From Octopus bimaculoides (Eukaryota): a stretch of DNA of 64,000 nucleotides. How positions within the stretch are numbered: position 1 is the first letter of the stretch; each line of letters begins with the position of its first letter. The stretch lies in the NCBI RefSeq assembly GCF_001194135.2, contig NC_068990.1, positions 16,199,937-16,263,936 of the forward strand. The letters are read 5' to 3'. Position numbers and translations under genes: made by a program. The notes under the pieces are model-generated. The model had not been told where the DNA came from and made no database searches. It was given only the letters and a program-made list of their open reading frames with translations. This document shows, piece by piece, positions 50,762 through 64,000 of this stretch.

Positions 50762-52238
50762 GTATATATATATATAATGAAAAAGTAAAGAATGTCTTTT
50801 ATTTCTAAATTTCTTCTTTCTTTCCTCCTGTTTTCTCTCTTCTTATTTTACCAGAAACACTTAACAATTTTATTAAGATTTCATTTCTAAGAATGCTGAC
50901 ACAGTTTAAGCATCAAGTGAAATTCCTGAACACATAAATATTTGCTGCGTAATTTATACTTTCTTATGTTGGAGACCTAGAGACAGGAATCTGCTTGTTG
51001 TGTCACCAAGCTAGACAGATGATTACTTCTTTCTTTGTTACCAGGCTCTCCAAATGGTTCTTGGAAATAGAACTTAAATAAATGACGTAATTCCAATTGA
51101 TAGAAATTGTTGAGCAGCAAACAAAATGCCTCGTAGTATTTAGCTACAACTCTTCATGTTCTGAGTTCAAATCCATCCAGTGCCAACCATAGTTTTTCAT
51201 CGCTTCCTGGGTTATTAAAATCAAACAGTAAGCTCTCTGTGGTTAAGAAGTTCACTTCTCAACCACATGGTTTCAGGTTCAGTCCCACTGCACATCACCT
51301 TGATCAAGTGTCTTTTACTATAACCCTAGGCTGATCAAAGATTTGTGAGTGACAGAAGCTCATCATGTATGTGTCTGTAATGTTCCTTGAGGGCATGTTT
51401 TGATGCATCTTTGCCACCATCTCTCTCATTATTTTTCTCTTTATCTTACTCTCTAGCTTGCCCTCCTTTCTTTTCCACAAAACACCTATCCTTGTTCCTC
51501 TGTGCCTTTAATTTCTCAACTGGCACAAAGCCACCCCCCTCCTCAGTACTGGCCATCTCCTTCCAGCCAAAGAGTTTTATCTTGCAAGGTGCTTGGTGAT
51601 CCTGTTGATGCTAGTGCCACGTAAAAAACACTGATGATGGTGCCTCATAAAAAGTACCTACTACACTCTGTAAAGTGGTTGGCATTAGGAAGGGCATTCA
51701 GCTGTAGAAACCAAGACAAAACAGACTGCCAGCTCCTGCCAAATCATCTGATCAAAGCCAGCATAGAAAACTGATGTTAATTGATGATGATGATGTATAT
51801 GTATGTTTGTGTGTTTCCTTGTCTTGACATCACATGATAGTTGTAAATGAGTATCATCCTCATACAAGTGCTGTCCTTGTCTCCAACCTTCTGTGAAAAC
51901 ATATCTGACCATGGAGAAATATTACCTTGCTTAGAGACAAGTGAGGGTTGGTGACACAAAGAGCATCCAGCCATTGAAAATCTGCCTCAATGAATTCTGT
52001 CCAATCCATGGAAACATGAAAAAGTGGATATTAAAATGATAATGATATCAAGTCTATTTTTTACCTCCCATAATTACTTGGTTGGTAGAATATTTTTCTT
52101 TATTATACTGTATTTATTTATTTTCCTATTAGCAACCACAAGGTATCTTTTAACACTGTTTACTTCCTGGATGCGACAGTTTACAGATCATTGCTACTCC
52201 CCTTGAATTGGAGGCTACTTAATGGTAGCTATATATAG

Positions 52239-52270
<32 letters not shown>

Positions 52271-53941
52271 ACATAATATAGTCTTCGTGACCAGACATCA
52301 CTTATCTCTTGGATATATCTAAGTAAAACATTACTGCTGCTGAGTGTTCTTTCATCATTGCTTTTATGGTTTATTTTTCTGGTGATTCATTCTGTTGACA
52401 ATTCTGTCTGTCTCTTTAAATGCAATCAAGTTCTTTGATTGCCAATTCTCTTAAACTCTTCACCACTTATTTATATTCCAGACACTTTATAGCTTTACCA
52501 TTCTTCTTCCATTACTTTTCTGCAGTTCTGCTGAATAAATTTCTGTTACTGGCTTAAAGATGCAAACAAGTAATTTCTATAAAAAAAAAAAGAAAAAACC
52601 CAACTCTCCTATATTCTGTAAATTGTAAAGTATATCTAACTTTTAGGAAACTTCATATGGCTTGTATTTATAAGATGTACAGAGTCTTTGTATAAATAGT
52701 ATTTATATATGTTTAGAAAAAGAAAAAAAATCGTTTTCTTTTTTTCTCACTTCACTTTTAGCACGATAATATCTGAGTGAGCATTTCACTGTTCATATGT
52801 AAATAAAAAAATTTGCATTAGTGTCTCACCCATACTTGCCTATAGAAAGGAAGATAAAACACACAAAATTATTCTCACTTCAGTTAACATTTCAAAGAAT
52901 AATCAACTGTTTATATGCAAATATATATATTTGCAGTACTGTCCAACCCATGCTTGCATATAGAAATGAAGATAAAACTTGCACACACTCAGAAAGCCAT
53001 TCTCACCTCATTTAACACTGGAAATTGTAGTCAGTCGTTCATATGCAAATGTCTAAATTTGCAGGACTGTCCAACCCATGCAAGCATGAAGAAAGGAAAG
53101 AAAAGATTGATTTGTGAGAGTGAAAATACTTTTAAACATGAAACATACATGACTTAACTGAAACCCATTGATTGAATATAAATAACCCTTCCATTTCTCA
53201 GTGGATTTTCTTAACATTGTCAAGTGAAGCATATCAGAAAGAAATCACTTGTTCCAACGAGAGTAATGATAATAATAGTGTTCTGGCACCTCCTCCCCTT
53301 GGTTAATGGAGCGGAACTGGAAACTTCATTTCCATCTATTTATTCAAGACATTGGAGTTGTCTATGTTGCTTTTACTACATCCATTGAAAGAGCTTGGAT
53401 TTGCAGCTAAATGAAACAGTAGCCAGTTATAATGTGCTCCCACTGTTTATACTTGTGAACTGCATTTTCACTTTCTCATTGTATTCACAACTATTAACAA
53501 TTAGATGAATTGGAAGAGTTTAATATTGGTGCTAGGGACAGCTTGGTTGTTCCTCTATTGATTTTATCAACTCAGTGCTTGATCCTGTAGTTTACGTAAA
53601 TTTGAAAATTATTAAACACCCAGATCATAATCCCATAGTTAAACAACTGCAAAAATATTCTTGTACACTTTGAAACAATAATTTATTTATCCTTTAAACC
53701 TTTTCTTACTATATTTCTATTGAAATGCACTTTGTTTCAATTAATTTTGTAAATAACAAAGAATTTGGTAGAATAACCTTGTTATTAAGCTAGTGTTTGG
53801 ACCATAAATTAACATGAAGTTTATATCACACATGCAAAGGTGGTCTGAAGCAGTTGGTATTATGAGGGTTATCTACATACATGTTAGCAGATTATTAATC
53901 TATGCAGTTAGTAGGAACTTTATATGAGTGTATGGTATGGT

Positions 53942-54250
53942 GTGTGAAGGTGCATGGCTTAGTGATTAGGGTGCTTGGGTCATGATTGTAAGGTCATGAG
54001 TTCAATTCCCAGTGACATGTTGTGCCCTTCAGCAAGATACTTTATTTCATGTTACTCCAGTCCACTCAGCTTGCAAAAGTGAGTTGTACCTACAATTCAA
54101 AGGGCCAGCCTTGTCGCATTCTCCATGAGAACTATGTTAAGGGTATGCATGTCTGCAGAGTGCTCTGATGCTTGCATATTAATTTCATGAGCAGGCTGTT
54201 CCATTGATCGGATCAACTGGAACTCTCATTGTTGTAACAGATGGAGTGCC
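53942..54250 (+). mobile_element. tRNA-derived SINE, family C
   Basis: Head gaaggtgcatggcttagtgattaggg...gagttcaattccc, then ccttcagcaagatactttatttcatgttactccagtccactcagc, ending gatggagtgcca. A reverse copy lies at 6701-7000. Confidence 0.75.
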
Positions 54251-55038
54251 AGAGAGAGAGTATAGTGCGTGTGTGTAAGGTTGTGTGCAGAAATGAAGTT
54301 AATGAAGAAAGAAGACAAAGTTTTATTGAAATATATTTACTTCTCCATACACAAACGTCTATGCTTGTGCTAAATTTATTCATTAATTTAATTTTCATCA
54401 CTAAAATTAATCTAATTTTCATCAAAATGGGAATATAATGCTGTGCTAGAGATGTTTATCATTGCGTCTTTGATAGAAGTTTCCAATTGAAAAATTTTCT
54501 GGGTATGAAAATATAGACCTGTGTTTTTCTATTATTATTTTTATTCATAGACCATTGTTTTGTTGTTCTTTCATGTTGAAATAAAAATTCAAATTACAGT
54601 CATATTAATACTTGAAAACAAAATATATTTTCTCATGTTTAAAGCATTATTTCTATCTAATTTTTATAATAATATATATTATATTTTTAAAAAATTGTTT
54701 TATCTTGAAATCATTCCCCTTCGAAGATTTTTAAGTGAATACAAATTCATCCATGAATTGTGATGATAGAAAATTAAAAAGTTGAGATGAAAGCTTAGAG
54801 ATTATTACTTGGTACTTTTATAAAATTCTATGTAATTTATTTGAAATTTAAAAGGAAAGACTTCTTGGTAAAGTTTTTTTCTCATCTATGGCAATTTTTT
54901 TTTATCATAATTTCACTTTTAATAATTTGACTGACTTTGACAAATAAACAGTTTTTTTTTTAAATAAAATTTTTTAAAATTACATAAAATATTGAGGAAA
55001 ACAAAACCAGAACGCTTCTTTTTCTGGTAACTTTTCAG

Positions 55039-55155
55039 AAAATAACAAGCAACGATATTTAAGATCCAAATTGAAGAGATCATTGCGCCGGGTATCTTCC
55101 TATTATTCCAATGTCTACCCACCTGATTTTTCTACAGAGGACTCTTTACAAATTG
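55039..55155 (+). CDS. Sulf1: Sulf coding exon 11 (basic region, probable proprotein-convertase site); gene continues beyond
   Basis: Acceptor ctttttctggtaacttttcag at 55038. Open in the expected phase 1: (E)NNKQRYLRSKLKRSLRRVSSYYSNVYPPDFSTEDSLQI(G). Donor gtaagt at 55156; 117 nt. Too short for the ORF track. Confidence 0.8.
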
Positions 55156-56381
55156 GTAAGTGTTAGCGAAGTTGTTTCTGTGGTGATCCATTTTAATTCT
55201 AAAATAATTAAACAATAAATAAAATCCTTTGAATTTTAACCTTAAAACAAACTTCTCACATTTGAATTACTTAAAAATTCAAATTAATTGTTGATATTTG
55301 GATTTAGGTACATATATATGTGTGGGACTTGTAATGAAACCAAAAGCAATATGTAAATACTTAAAAAGTCACTTAATATACTGTTTAATAAATTGTTAGT
55401 AGATTATTTTATTTATCAATAGAATTAACTTTTTTAATAGTAACACTTTTGCTTCAACCTTAACACTGAAGTTGTTAAAATAACTTCAAAAGGCCTTCAA
55501 ATAAAATAATAATCATACTACCATGCTTTTTCAAGCATGTTACAAGTTGGTTGCATTGTAAGCAGTCTTAAATAGAAGGATTAGCAGAGAAATAAACCAA
55601 TCCTTAAACAACAATAATAATGATTGCTAATTTTGACACAAGGCCAGCAAGTTTGGGGGAGTGGGTGAGTCATTTGCATCGACCCCAGTGTTTAACTGGC
55701 ACCTATTTTATTGGCCCTGAAAGGATAGAAGGCAAAGTAGACCCCAGCAATATTTGAACTGAGAATGTAAAATCAGAAGAAATGCCACTGAGCATCTAGC
55801 CTAGCATGCTAATAATTCTGCCAGCTCACCACCTTAACATTAATGGTAATATTAAAATATTGAAAATGGTGGAAACATTCTCAAGAAGTTATAAAAATAA
55901 ATTTGAAAATGAAGAGAATATTAATTTACTTCCATTTAATAACTCATTTAAAAAGTGACTTTTAAGCATTCACAGATCTGTTCCAGTTACTCAAGATACC
56001 AAAGTCTATTTTCATATTTTCCCAGATTGTTTACTTTCATCATCAGTCCTGCAGATGTATGTACATAAAAACCAAAGATCACTAATTAGTTTTCAAGACT
56101 TTACTCATTATCAGACCTACTTTTGTGATTTCTTGCTTTTTTGTGCTGTTATTTTTCTGCTGTTTTAAAATTCAAGTAATTTGGATTTTTTATCTTTATC
56201 ATTTAAAAAAAAAAATTGATTACAAGAATTGCAACTAAGGACTATATTTAATGCATGCTTCATTTCATAATATTTGTCAACTGTAAATATTAACTACATC
56301 AGTCAACTGCATGGATGAATTAGATGGATCACTTCTGTTAAGGAAGGAGACAACTTGATCACATCAGAGTTCAAGTCCAGC

Positions 56382-56382
<1 letters not shown>

Positions 56383-56454
<72 letters not shown>

Positions 56455-56455
56455 C
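56383..56455. repeat. (TTA)n trinucleotide microsatellite
   Basis: More than 20 consecutive tta units. Confidence 0.95.
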
Positions 56456-56459
56456 ATCA

Positions 56460-57490
56460 AAATGGTGGTGAGCTGGTAGAATTGTAGCATGTTGGACAAA
56501 ATGCTTTATGGCATCTTTTTCAGTTCTACAAGAAAAGATATCAGAATAAAGGTGGCTAGCTTGCAGAATTATTAGCATGTCTGACAAAAATGCTGCTAAG
56601 CATTTTGTCTGTCTTTATGTTCAGAGTTCAAATTCTGCTGAGGTTGAGTTTACCTTTCAGCCTTTCAAGGTCAGTAAAAAGAGGTGCCAGTTGAACATTG
56701 AGATCAACCTAACCTATTAGCCCCAATCCCCCAAATTTCAGACCTGGTACCTATTATAGAAAAATTATTATTGTTATTAAAGAAGTGAGCTGACAGAATC
56801 ATGAGAAATGCTGAGTAACATTTCTTCCAGCTCTTTACATTCTGAAATCAAATCCTTCCTTGATCAACTTTGGCTTTCATCCTTTCAGGGTTGATAAAAA
56901 AATAAAAAGTACCAGTTAAGTTCTGGGATCGATGTAATCGATTGACCCCCCCTTCTAAAAATTACTGGTCTTGTGCCAAAATTTGAAACAATTACCATTA
57001 TTATTATTAATCATCAAATTGTTAATATAAAGCTATTATGAAAATATAATTCTTTCTATAGGCACAAGGCCTGAAATTTTGAGGGGAGGGGATTAGCTGA
57101 TTACATTGACCCCCAGTGCTTTGCTGGTATTTCTTTTTGTCAACCTTGAAAGGATGAAAGGCAAAGATGACCTCAATGGAATTTGAACTTAGAACATTAA
57201 GCTAGAAGAAATGCCACTAAGCATTTTGTCTGGCATGCTAACCACTCTGCCAGCTCACCATCTTTAATAATTGTCTACTATAGGCACAAGACCTGAAATT
57301 TTGGGTGAGGAGTGGGGTCAGTTAATTACATTGATCCCAGTGCTCAGCTGCTACTTATTTCATCTACCCCCAAAAGGATGAAAGGCAAAGTGACCTCAGC
57401 AGAATTTGAACCACAGGCTGTAAAGCTGGAGCAAATGTCACTACACATTTTGTCCAGTATGCTAATGGTTCTACCAGCTTACCACCTTCA
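56460..57490. mobile_element. Cluster of five family A SINEs (three +, two -)
   Basis: + copies start at about 56463, 56550 and 56780; - copies span about 57055-57262 and 57276-57490. The cluster is bracketed by (ATT)n and (TAA)n. Confidence 0.8.
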
Positions 57491-60400
57491 ATAATAATAA
57501 TAATAATAATGATAATAATAATAATTATTTATAATATTATCCGATGCTAGTTTCTGGCTACTTGTCAGAATATTATACTTGTCAAAATATCTATTATTAG
57601 ATTTGATCTCTTCCCCTCCTCCATACTGACATCATTTAACATGTCTGTCCGATAACTGCTTTACTTTGATCATTTATCAAGCTTCTTTGTTATCTTTTCC
57701 AATTAGATTTCCTTTGTTCTTCGGCTGTTTTCCAAAATTGCTCCCTCCCCCACCTCCATCTCTTATTATTCCACTCTTATTATAATAATGTCACATCAAA
57801 CATTGCTTCTTTTACTTACTGAACACACTGACTGCTTTAATCTATAACAGACACTCTTTGTTTTCTTTTTCTTCTCCCTCTTCTGCTACTAAGCTGAGTA
57901 GACACATCAGTCCTGTTTGGGCCACCCTGCCCAATCCTGATGGACACAAGCCTGTGTTATAGGAGCAGATCTAAAAAATCTAAGATCCCTGTTAGAAATG
58001 CGCTGATCACTTTTTCTCATCCTGTTCTTGATTATTTTAACACAGCAACTGCAGTATGTTATACATTCCAGTTGAAATTTACTTGGAGATGCACAAGATA
58101 ACTGTCATGTATATAAGTCTTGCTCATTTTATAGGGTGGGGATCATATCTTTATGCGCAATTATAAACTTTAGGGTTGCTTTTGATGTTGAGTAGCCATA
58201 AACAGATGCTTATCCCTTATCAATAACCAGTTATGTTAGGGTTAGGGTCTTTTTTGGATGGGATCATTTTGAACATGTTATTATTTGAATGTCCATTTAT
58301 TTAGTTTATTAAAGCAGATTTTCTATGGCTACATGCCCTTTCTTTCACCAACCTTCACGTGTTTCCAAACAAGGCAAGGCTTGGTGATTGGTGACAGAAA
58401 GACCACACTTTTTTTTGCAGAACATTGGCAATAAATCACACTGCTTGTATGACCATGACACTTGTTTACAACTATTATGATTTGTCAAGAAAAGGGGAAT
58501 GACACACACACACACACACACACACACTCTCTCTCTCTCTTTCTCTCTCTTTCTTATTCCAGTTTAATTAAACTTCTGAAACTACATGTCCTGCCTGTGC
58601 TTATGAGGAAAATAAATTAAATGATGATAAGGAAAAATTGTTAGAAATTGAAAATGAATTAAAATTTTTAAAAAATGACTGTTAGTACAACATTTATAAA
58701 ATCATAAATTAAGCTATTAACCTTCATCTTTAAAGATGTGACTTATTAAAATATTTTTTATTTCAATTGATTGCATGTCCAATAATCATAAAATGTCTTA
58801 TTCCTCAATGAGTTTGAGATTAGATTTGAAACTAACAGCAATAATTAGCTCTTATCCAGTAAGTCACATGAGATGCATCTGTTGCAAGGTTTTGGGTTGA
58901 GTCCCACTGCATGGCATCTTGGGCAAGTATCTTCAACTCACTAGCATAGGAGGTGGGTAAGGGCAGTCTGTACTGGGCAACACTTTTAAAGGGGCACCAC
59001 TTTTGGGTCTGCTGTAGGCAATACGTGTTTTTTGTGAGGTCCGGGGGTGACAAACAGAAGGGCCACCCCACGTGGCACATACTCTAGCTATTGCTAGTGC
59101 TTCAACTATAGTACCCGTCCAACCAAAGCCTTTGAGTGGATTTGGTAAGCAGAACCTGAAAGAAGCTGTATGTGTGTGTGTGTGTGTTTGTCTTGACAGT
59201 GTGATGTTTATAAATGAATATCACCATCATACAAGTGATGTTGTTTGTGTTCAACCTTCCATGACAAATCAGTCTGACCATGTGGTAATATGAACCTGGA
59301 ACAGGTGAGGGTTGGTGACAAGAAGGGCATCTGACCATAGAAAATCTACCACATTGGGTTCCTTTGAACCCGAACAAGCATGGAATATGTGGACATTAAA
59401 CAATGTTGATGACGATATCATTTCTAAAGGTGAGGTTAATAGTCAGAAAAATGCTAGGACACATTTCAGACATTTGGGTTTGCAATTTTTTGTACAGTAA
59501 TGGTAGATAGTTGCATAAACTTTGGTTGGCTAGTTTTATGGAGCCTATCTATCCCAAACATTTTATTTTTAGGTCTTTGCTAATCTCCCAGCTTTATCTT
59601 TCTTTTGTTAATGGCTTTCACAGTTTTCACTCTTGTTTCACTACACTCCTACATTTTAAAATATTTCCAAAGTAAATGCCTTTTTCTCAATTTGTTTTGC
59701 ATTTTCTCTGCTATCTCTAAGCTTTCTATTTCAGTACCATAACATCATATTAGTACAATAAGTGTTGAATAATGCTGCAGTCTAATAATAAATTATTTTA
59801 TTGTTACAAAAATGGTGAAATGGTTAAGATTCTAGATTGTCAGCTTGCAGATTAAGGACATTATATCACATTCTTCAGTGACTTGTACATTATCTCCTTT
59901 GAGCAATATACAAAATTTCTTTTTCATCTGTGCAACAACAAGTGGGTAACAAAAGTCTTGTTGTACCCACTTTGATTTCATGCACAGAACTGAGAGGTAT
60001 TTCTGTACCTCAAAGCTATAAAAACCTTTTAACAATTTATGGTGTGCAGATACAGAAGATAAGTCCTCAATATTAATGAACATCTGTCTGAAGTTTGCTT
60101 AAGCTTCTGCTGTTATTGCAGGAGATTTTTCTATCTTATGTCTCACTCTCTCATTTCAGCCCACCTCTTCCTTTTTTTTAAAATATATTATCTGCTTATC
60201 TTGTGCTTCGTAACAGATAGTAAGTAGTATCATATTGCAGGCAACTGCCTGATATTGGAGGTGAACCCATGCTTCAGTGGGTTTACGGTTTTCTATTATC
60301 ACCATCCTTATCATCTTTTCAAGCCAGAATACGGGTGTATATGAGACTCTCAATCTCAATTAAGAGACATCTTTCTGTGTTGATGCTTTCCTCTCTTAAA

Positions 60401-60985
60401 TATAGTGTTACACATTAACACAGCATTTGTGTCCTTAAATCTTTATCTTCAGACACACACACACCACACGCACATGCATGCATGTACTTGCTCATATACA
60501 AACTGGCATAAGTGATTCATCATCCATTAAACTCTTTTCCATATGGGCAACAAATCTGTCTCCTCCTCCACCTTCATCTCTGTCATTTTACTATACTTAT
60601 ATTTAGTTTTATGATAATTGCCAAATATGTGTGTGTGTGTTTGTGCTCAATATATTTGGTACGCATGTCCATCTGTATGCATCTATACAGATATGAGTGA
60701 CTGTATGCATGTGTGCAATATCTATGCATGTACATGTATGTTTGTGTGTCTGCATGTATACATACATACATGCATACATACACACACATATGGATTTGTT
60801 AGAACAAACAGGAGAAATAAAACTCTACATGTGTATATATACATTTTTAATATATATCTTTAGTTATTTAGTTGACTGAAAGAAGAGTGACTTTCAGTGC
60901 TTGAGTTAGTTCTGTAACATTCTGCTGATTAAAAATAAACATTATATATATTTACACACATACACACACACACACACAACAGTCG

Positions 60986-61990
60986 TATAGAGGTGGTGGG
61001 TAAAATAATAGAACCAGCTTATTAAATGGAAGTTTTATTATTTAATATGGAGTCAGTCTCCCTTTGGTATCAATCACAGCTTTAATACATTAAAGAATTG
61101 ACTTGTACATATTCTGAATAGTTCTTAGAGAAATTTCAAGTTATTCTTCCAGTAAAACCTGCTGTAGCTCTTTCTGTGATAATTTTGGAAGTAAGTGGCA
61201 CCTGACTTGTTCTAAAATGTACCATAAATGTTTGATTATGCTTAGTTTTGGTGCTTGTGTGTGTATGTGTGTGTGTGTGTGGGGGGGGGGGCAGTCCAAG
61301 TTGTCTACTTCACTTTTGTGCTCTTTGCATTAATTTTGAATAATATAAGTTGTGTGAATTGATGCATTATCATCCTTGAAAATTGTGCTTCAATCAGGGA
61401 ACAATGCTTGTACCATAAAATTGAAATGTTCAACCAAAATACTTTGATAATGAATGGTATTATATCCGCCTTGTAGAACAACTAAAGGGTCAAAGAATTC
61501 TATGGTATGGCTGCTCAAATCATTACAGAGCCTCCACCATGCTTCTCAGTAGGGGGCCAAACTGTCAAGATTGAAGGCCTCTTTGGCTCTCTCCAAACTT
61601 AAACTCACCCCCAAAAGGAAAAAAATGAGTGAATGATGATTCAGCAATGAAGACAACATTGTCACATTGACCTAGTGATCACTTCTGATAATCTAGATAC
61701 TATTTTTATTTTTTTTTTTAATTTTTATTTTGCTTATCAATGTTGAGAGGGGACAGGAGAATATAGCACTTGCATCTTTCTTGTGGTATCCAGCTTTATG
61801 GCACTCAAAATGAACAGTTTTGGTTGACACAGAGTTTGCAGGATGGTAGTTTAGCTCTGCTGTCACTTTTGTTGCCAGAGTTTGGTGACTTTTAAACACA
61901 ATACATTTCACTAGTCTTTGGTCCCTCTCTGTGATCTTTGCCCTTCTGTGCAGAATTATGCTTGCCAAAGCTGACTTTTACTTTGGTTTT
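60986..61990 (-). mobile_element. Decayed Tc1/mariner (Tc1-like DD34E) transposon
   Basis: Segments KITERDQRLV..ATKVTAELN..VSTKTV...HKAGY, VFIAESSF, KHGGGSVMI, FKDDNASIH and IIKHLW. A TIR-like ta-tagaggtggtgggtaaaataatagaacc lies at 60986. Confidence 0.88.
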
Positions 61991-62339
61991 AGAATGCCAA
62001 CATGAGTTTAGAGACTCTGAACATTGAGCAATTTAGCAGTTTTAGTAACTGAAGCTCTGGTCATTCATGCACCAACAATTTGTTCTCTCTGGAAATCAGA
62101 TAGGTTACACATAATTTAATATCTGCAAAAATTTTTTTTTAATTAAAAATAGTGCTATATCATGAAGTAGAAGGCATGCAGAATACATATGAACACATAT
62201 ATGCAAACAAGAACAGTTTTTAATGTTTTCTATTGCCAATAGAAAAATAGTTAAAAACATAAAAACTAGTGTTTCCATCATTTTGTTCAACCTCTGTATA
62301 TATATTTTTACACACATGCATGCATGTGTGCATCCCTCA

Positions 62340-63060
62340 TACAGGCTACAATCAAACACCTTTTGCAGGATCTTTACTAGTTTCTTAGAGATGGATGGTA
62401 TTTGTGTGCTACCAACTGAGATGAACTTCCTGGTTTGAAACTCATGCAAACCCAAACCATCAGCTCCTTGAGGCCCTTTAGGATCATTCTGTGGCCAATG
62501 ATAGATATTGTCACAGGTCATCTCTACAGCATTAATGATGCAGTGGTTATCAGACACCATGTCTAATGATTGGATTGGCTCTTTGTACTGACCTTCAACC
62601 AACTTTACCAGAATGTTTATAGCAAGGATTACTGAAATGGTAATCCAATTATAATACCCTTCTGAGGCTTATGCTTTCCTGGTGTTGTAGAAATAGTAGA
62701 CTCCCTAACAATGACTGAAATTGTGGTTGTAGTCCAGCATGAGATCTCTGAATCTGTCTTGGATATGGTACTTGTTCAAAGCCTCTTCAACCAGCTTATG
62801 AGGACAGACTTGTAGGCATTTGGAAGGCAATACTGCCAGGTCTCATCCTTTGCACCTTCATTAACTGGGTGACCACATTCAAGGGTTCCAGACATTCTGA
62901 TACCTCCTATTTGAACTGAGGTATCAATGTGCCTCATGACACCACTGAAGAATACCATTTTGTTAGTAATGAGGAAAGAGATTATTCTAAACTGATTGAT
63001 GGTCTTTGGCTCTTCCTCCTCTGAAATCCACACCCTTAGTCCTTATCAAGAGAAAGAACT
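62340..63060 (-). mobile_element. Decayed HERO/R2-superfamily non-LTR retrotransposon RT fragment
   Basis: Segments EEPKTINQFRIIS, IDTSVQIGGI, NAY..PHKLVEEALNKYHI, TISVIL, LKGLKELMVWVCMSFKP and LQKVFDCSL match RT-region motifs I recall from HERO elements. Confidence 0.7.
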
Positions 63061-64000
63061 GGTAACATCTTTGAGTAGATCCTGCACTTTCTGCTTGGGA
63101 CAAAGCATCTCTGATGTTTATTTTACCTCTACAGACATGTGTGTGCACACACACACACACACACGTACACACACTCACAACTTTACAAAGGACATCCAGC
63201 TGTAAAACCCATAATAAAGCAGACACTGGAGCCTAGTGCAGTCTTCTGGCTCATCAGCTCCTGTCAAACCATCCAACCCATGCCAGCATGGAGAACAGAT
63301 GTTAAACAATGATGATATGTATATATATATATATAAACTAAACTGTTATAACAGTTGTAGTCCGTGTGTTTTGCAGTAAGTCACAGAGGGCCCTGAGCAT
63401 TCCTGCTGATCCTTTCCTTTTATAATGTTAATAACCAAATAGTCACGCTCACAGATGCAGGTAAAGCACAGCAGTTTCAGCTGTGAATTGAAACCAGTCT
63501 GTGATGTTTACCCAGTTTGAAATATATTTAGAGAGAAAACGTTATGTTAATTTACATTTGACATTAATGAGTATACAATATTTCTTTAATTATCTCTATC
63601 ATACTAATTGTCTTTCTGCCTAGCAGCATCACATACATTATTTGTATATTTCACTATAGTTATATTCATGCAGGAAACTATGTGTTTATTTGACCTGCTA
63701 GAAATAGAAGTCAAATACCCTTAAATCATGCCTCTCTGTCTTAAATAAGAAAAGGCACATATTTAATAATATTGTCCTAGGCTTTCAAAAAGACATGATT
63801 ACAACAACCAGAGTACCTTTCATTATTGGTCTGCTTGACCAGGACTGACCTGTGACTAAACAGCATTGCTGAAGTGACACACATCCCTTCAAACAGCCCC
63901 ACTTGAGAATGAGTGACAACTCATCAAGTACTCTGAAAAGCGTTAATGGGTAAGGGGTTAAATTGGTTTCTCTTTTAAAATAATGCAATTCAGACGATAT

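Noticed and set aside
50855-50937. Strong polypyrimidine tract + AG as an extra exon in intron 10
   Set aside because: The phase-1 frame hits TAA without a donor and has no Sulf similarity.
53220-53640. Balanced-composition stretch that might be a coding exon
   Set aside because: All frames are short, with no recognisable motif or splice pair.
55138-55155. 18-nt microexon as the sole exon 11
   Set aside because: The upstream acceptor at 55038 gives a 117-nt open, in-phase exon encoding a Sulf-like basic segment. The short form is kept only as a possible alternative.
60241-60345. Possible Sulf exon 12 (GNCLILEVNPC...)
   Set aside because: Only faint similarity to the expected HKCFIL segment, an in-frame stop and no convincing donor.
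59770-60360. Possible decayed R4/Dong-like LINE C-terminus on - strand (KKGRGGLK, ILYIAQ)
   Set aside because: Too many stops and too little similarity to support by eye.
735-63988. Most ORF-track entries (HTHT, CVCV, YIYI, poly-X, poly-N/H/D proteins)
   Set aside because: These are translations of microsatellites, SINEs or N gaps and are not genes.

Overview
AT-rich, repeat-dense animal genomic DNA from a gapped draft assembly; the repeat landscape looks like Octopus/coleoid cephalopod (inference, no database used). One host gene is present on the + strand: an extracellular heparan-sulfate 6-O-endosulfatase (Sulf1/Sulf2 family). I reconstructed 11 coding exons by hand (12663-55155, 1783 nt, about 594 codons) with canonical GT-AG sites and consistent phases. 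They carry a signal peptide, the CCPSR formylglycine motif and the start of the basic hydrophilic domain. The gene is incomplete: the 3' exons were not found and probably lie past 64000, and the non-coding first exon(s) were not located. Introns and flanks are packed with tRNA-derived SINEs of at least three families, TTAA/CCCT-ended piggyBac-type MITEs, microsatellites and decayed autonomous elements (RTE, CR1/L2-like, HERO-like, Penelope-like, Tc1, piggyBac, and a gag-knuckle ORF). The most unusual object is a ~540-bp palindrome in intron 4 (20530-21070). It is made of two head-to-head copies of a unit that joins a tRNA-like Pol III head to a minimal Penelope-type hammerhead ribozyme. Three further decayed hammerhead-like motifs occur elsewhere. 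Also notable are a SINE head that uses two different LINE tails, an RT-less LINE that supplies one of those tails, and repeated nesting of MITEs into a single internal TTAA. Repeat boundaries are approximate, read by eye; exon boundaries are exact to the base as read.
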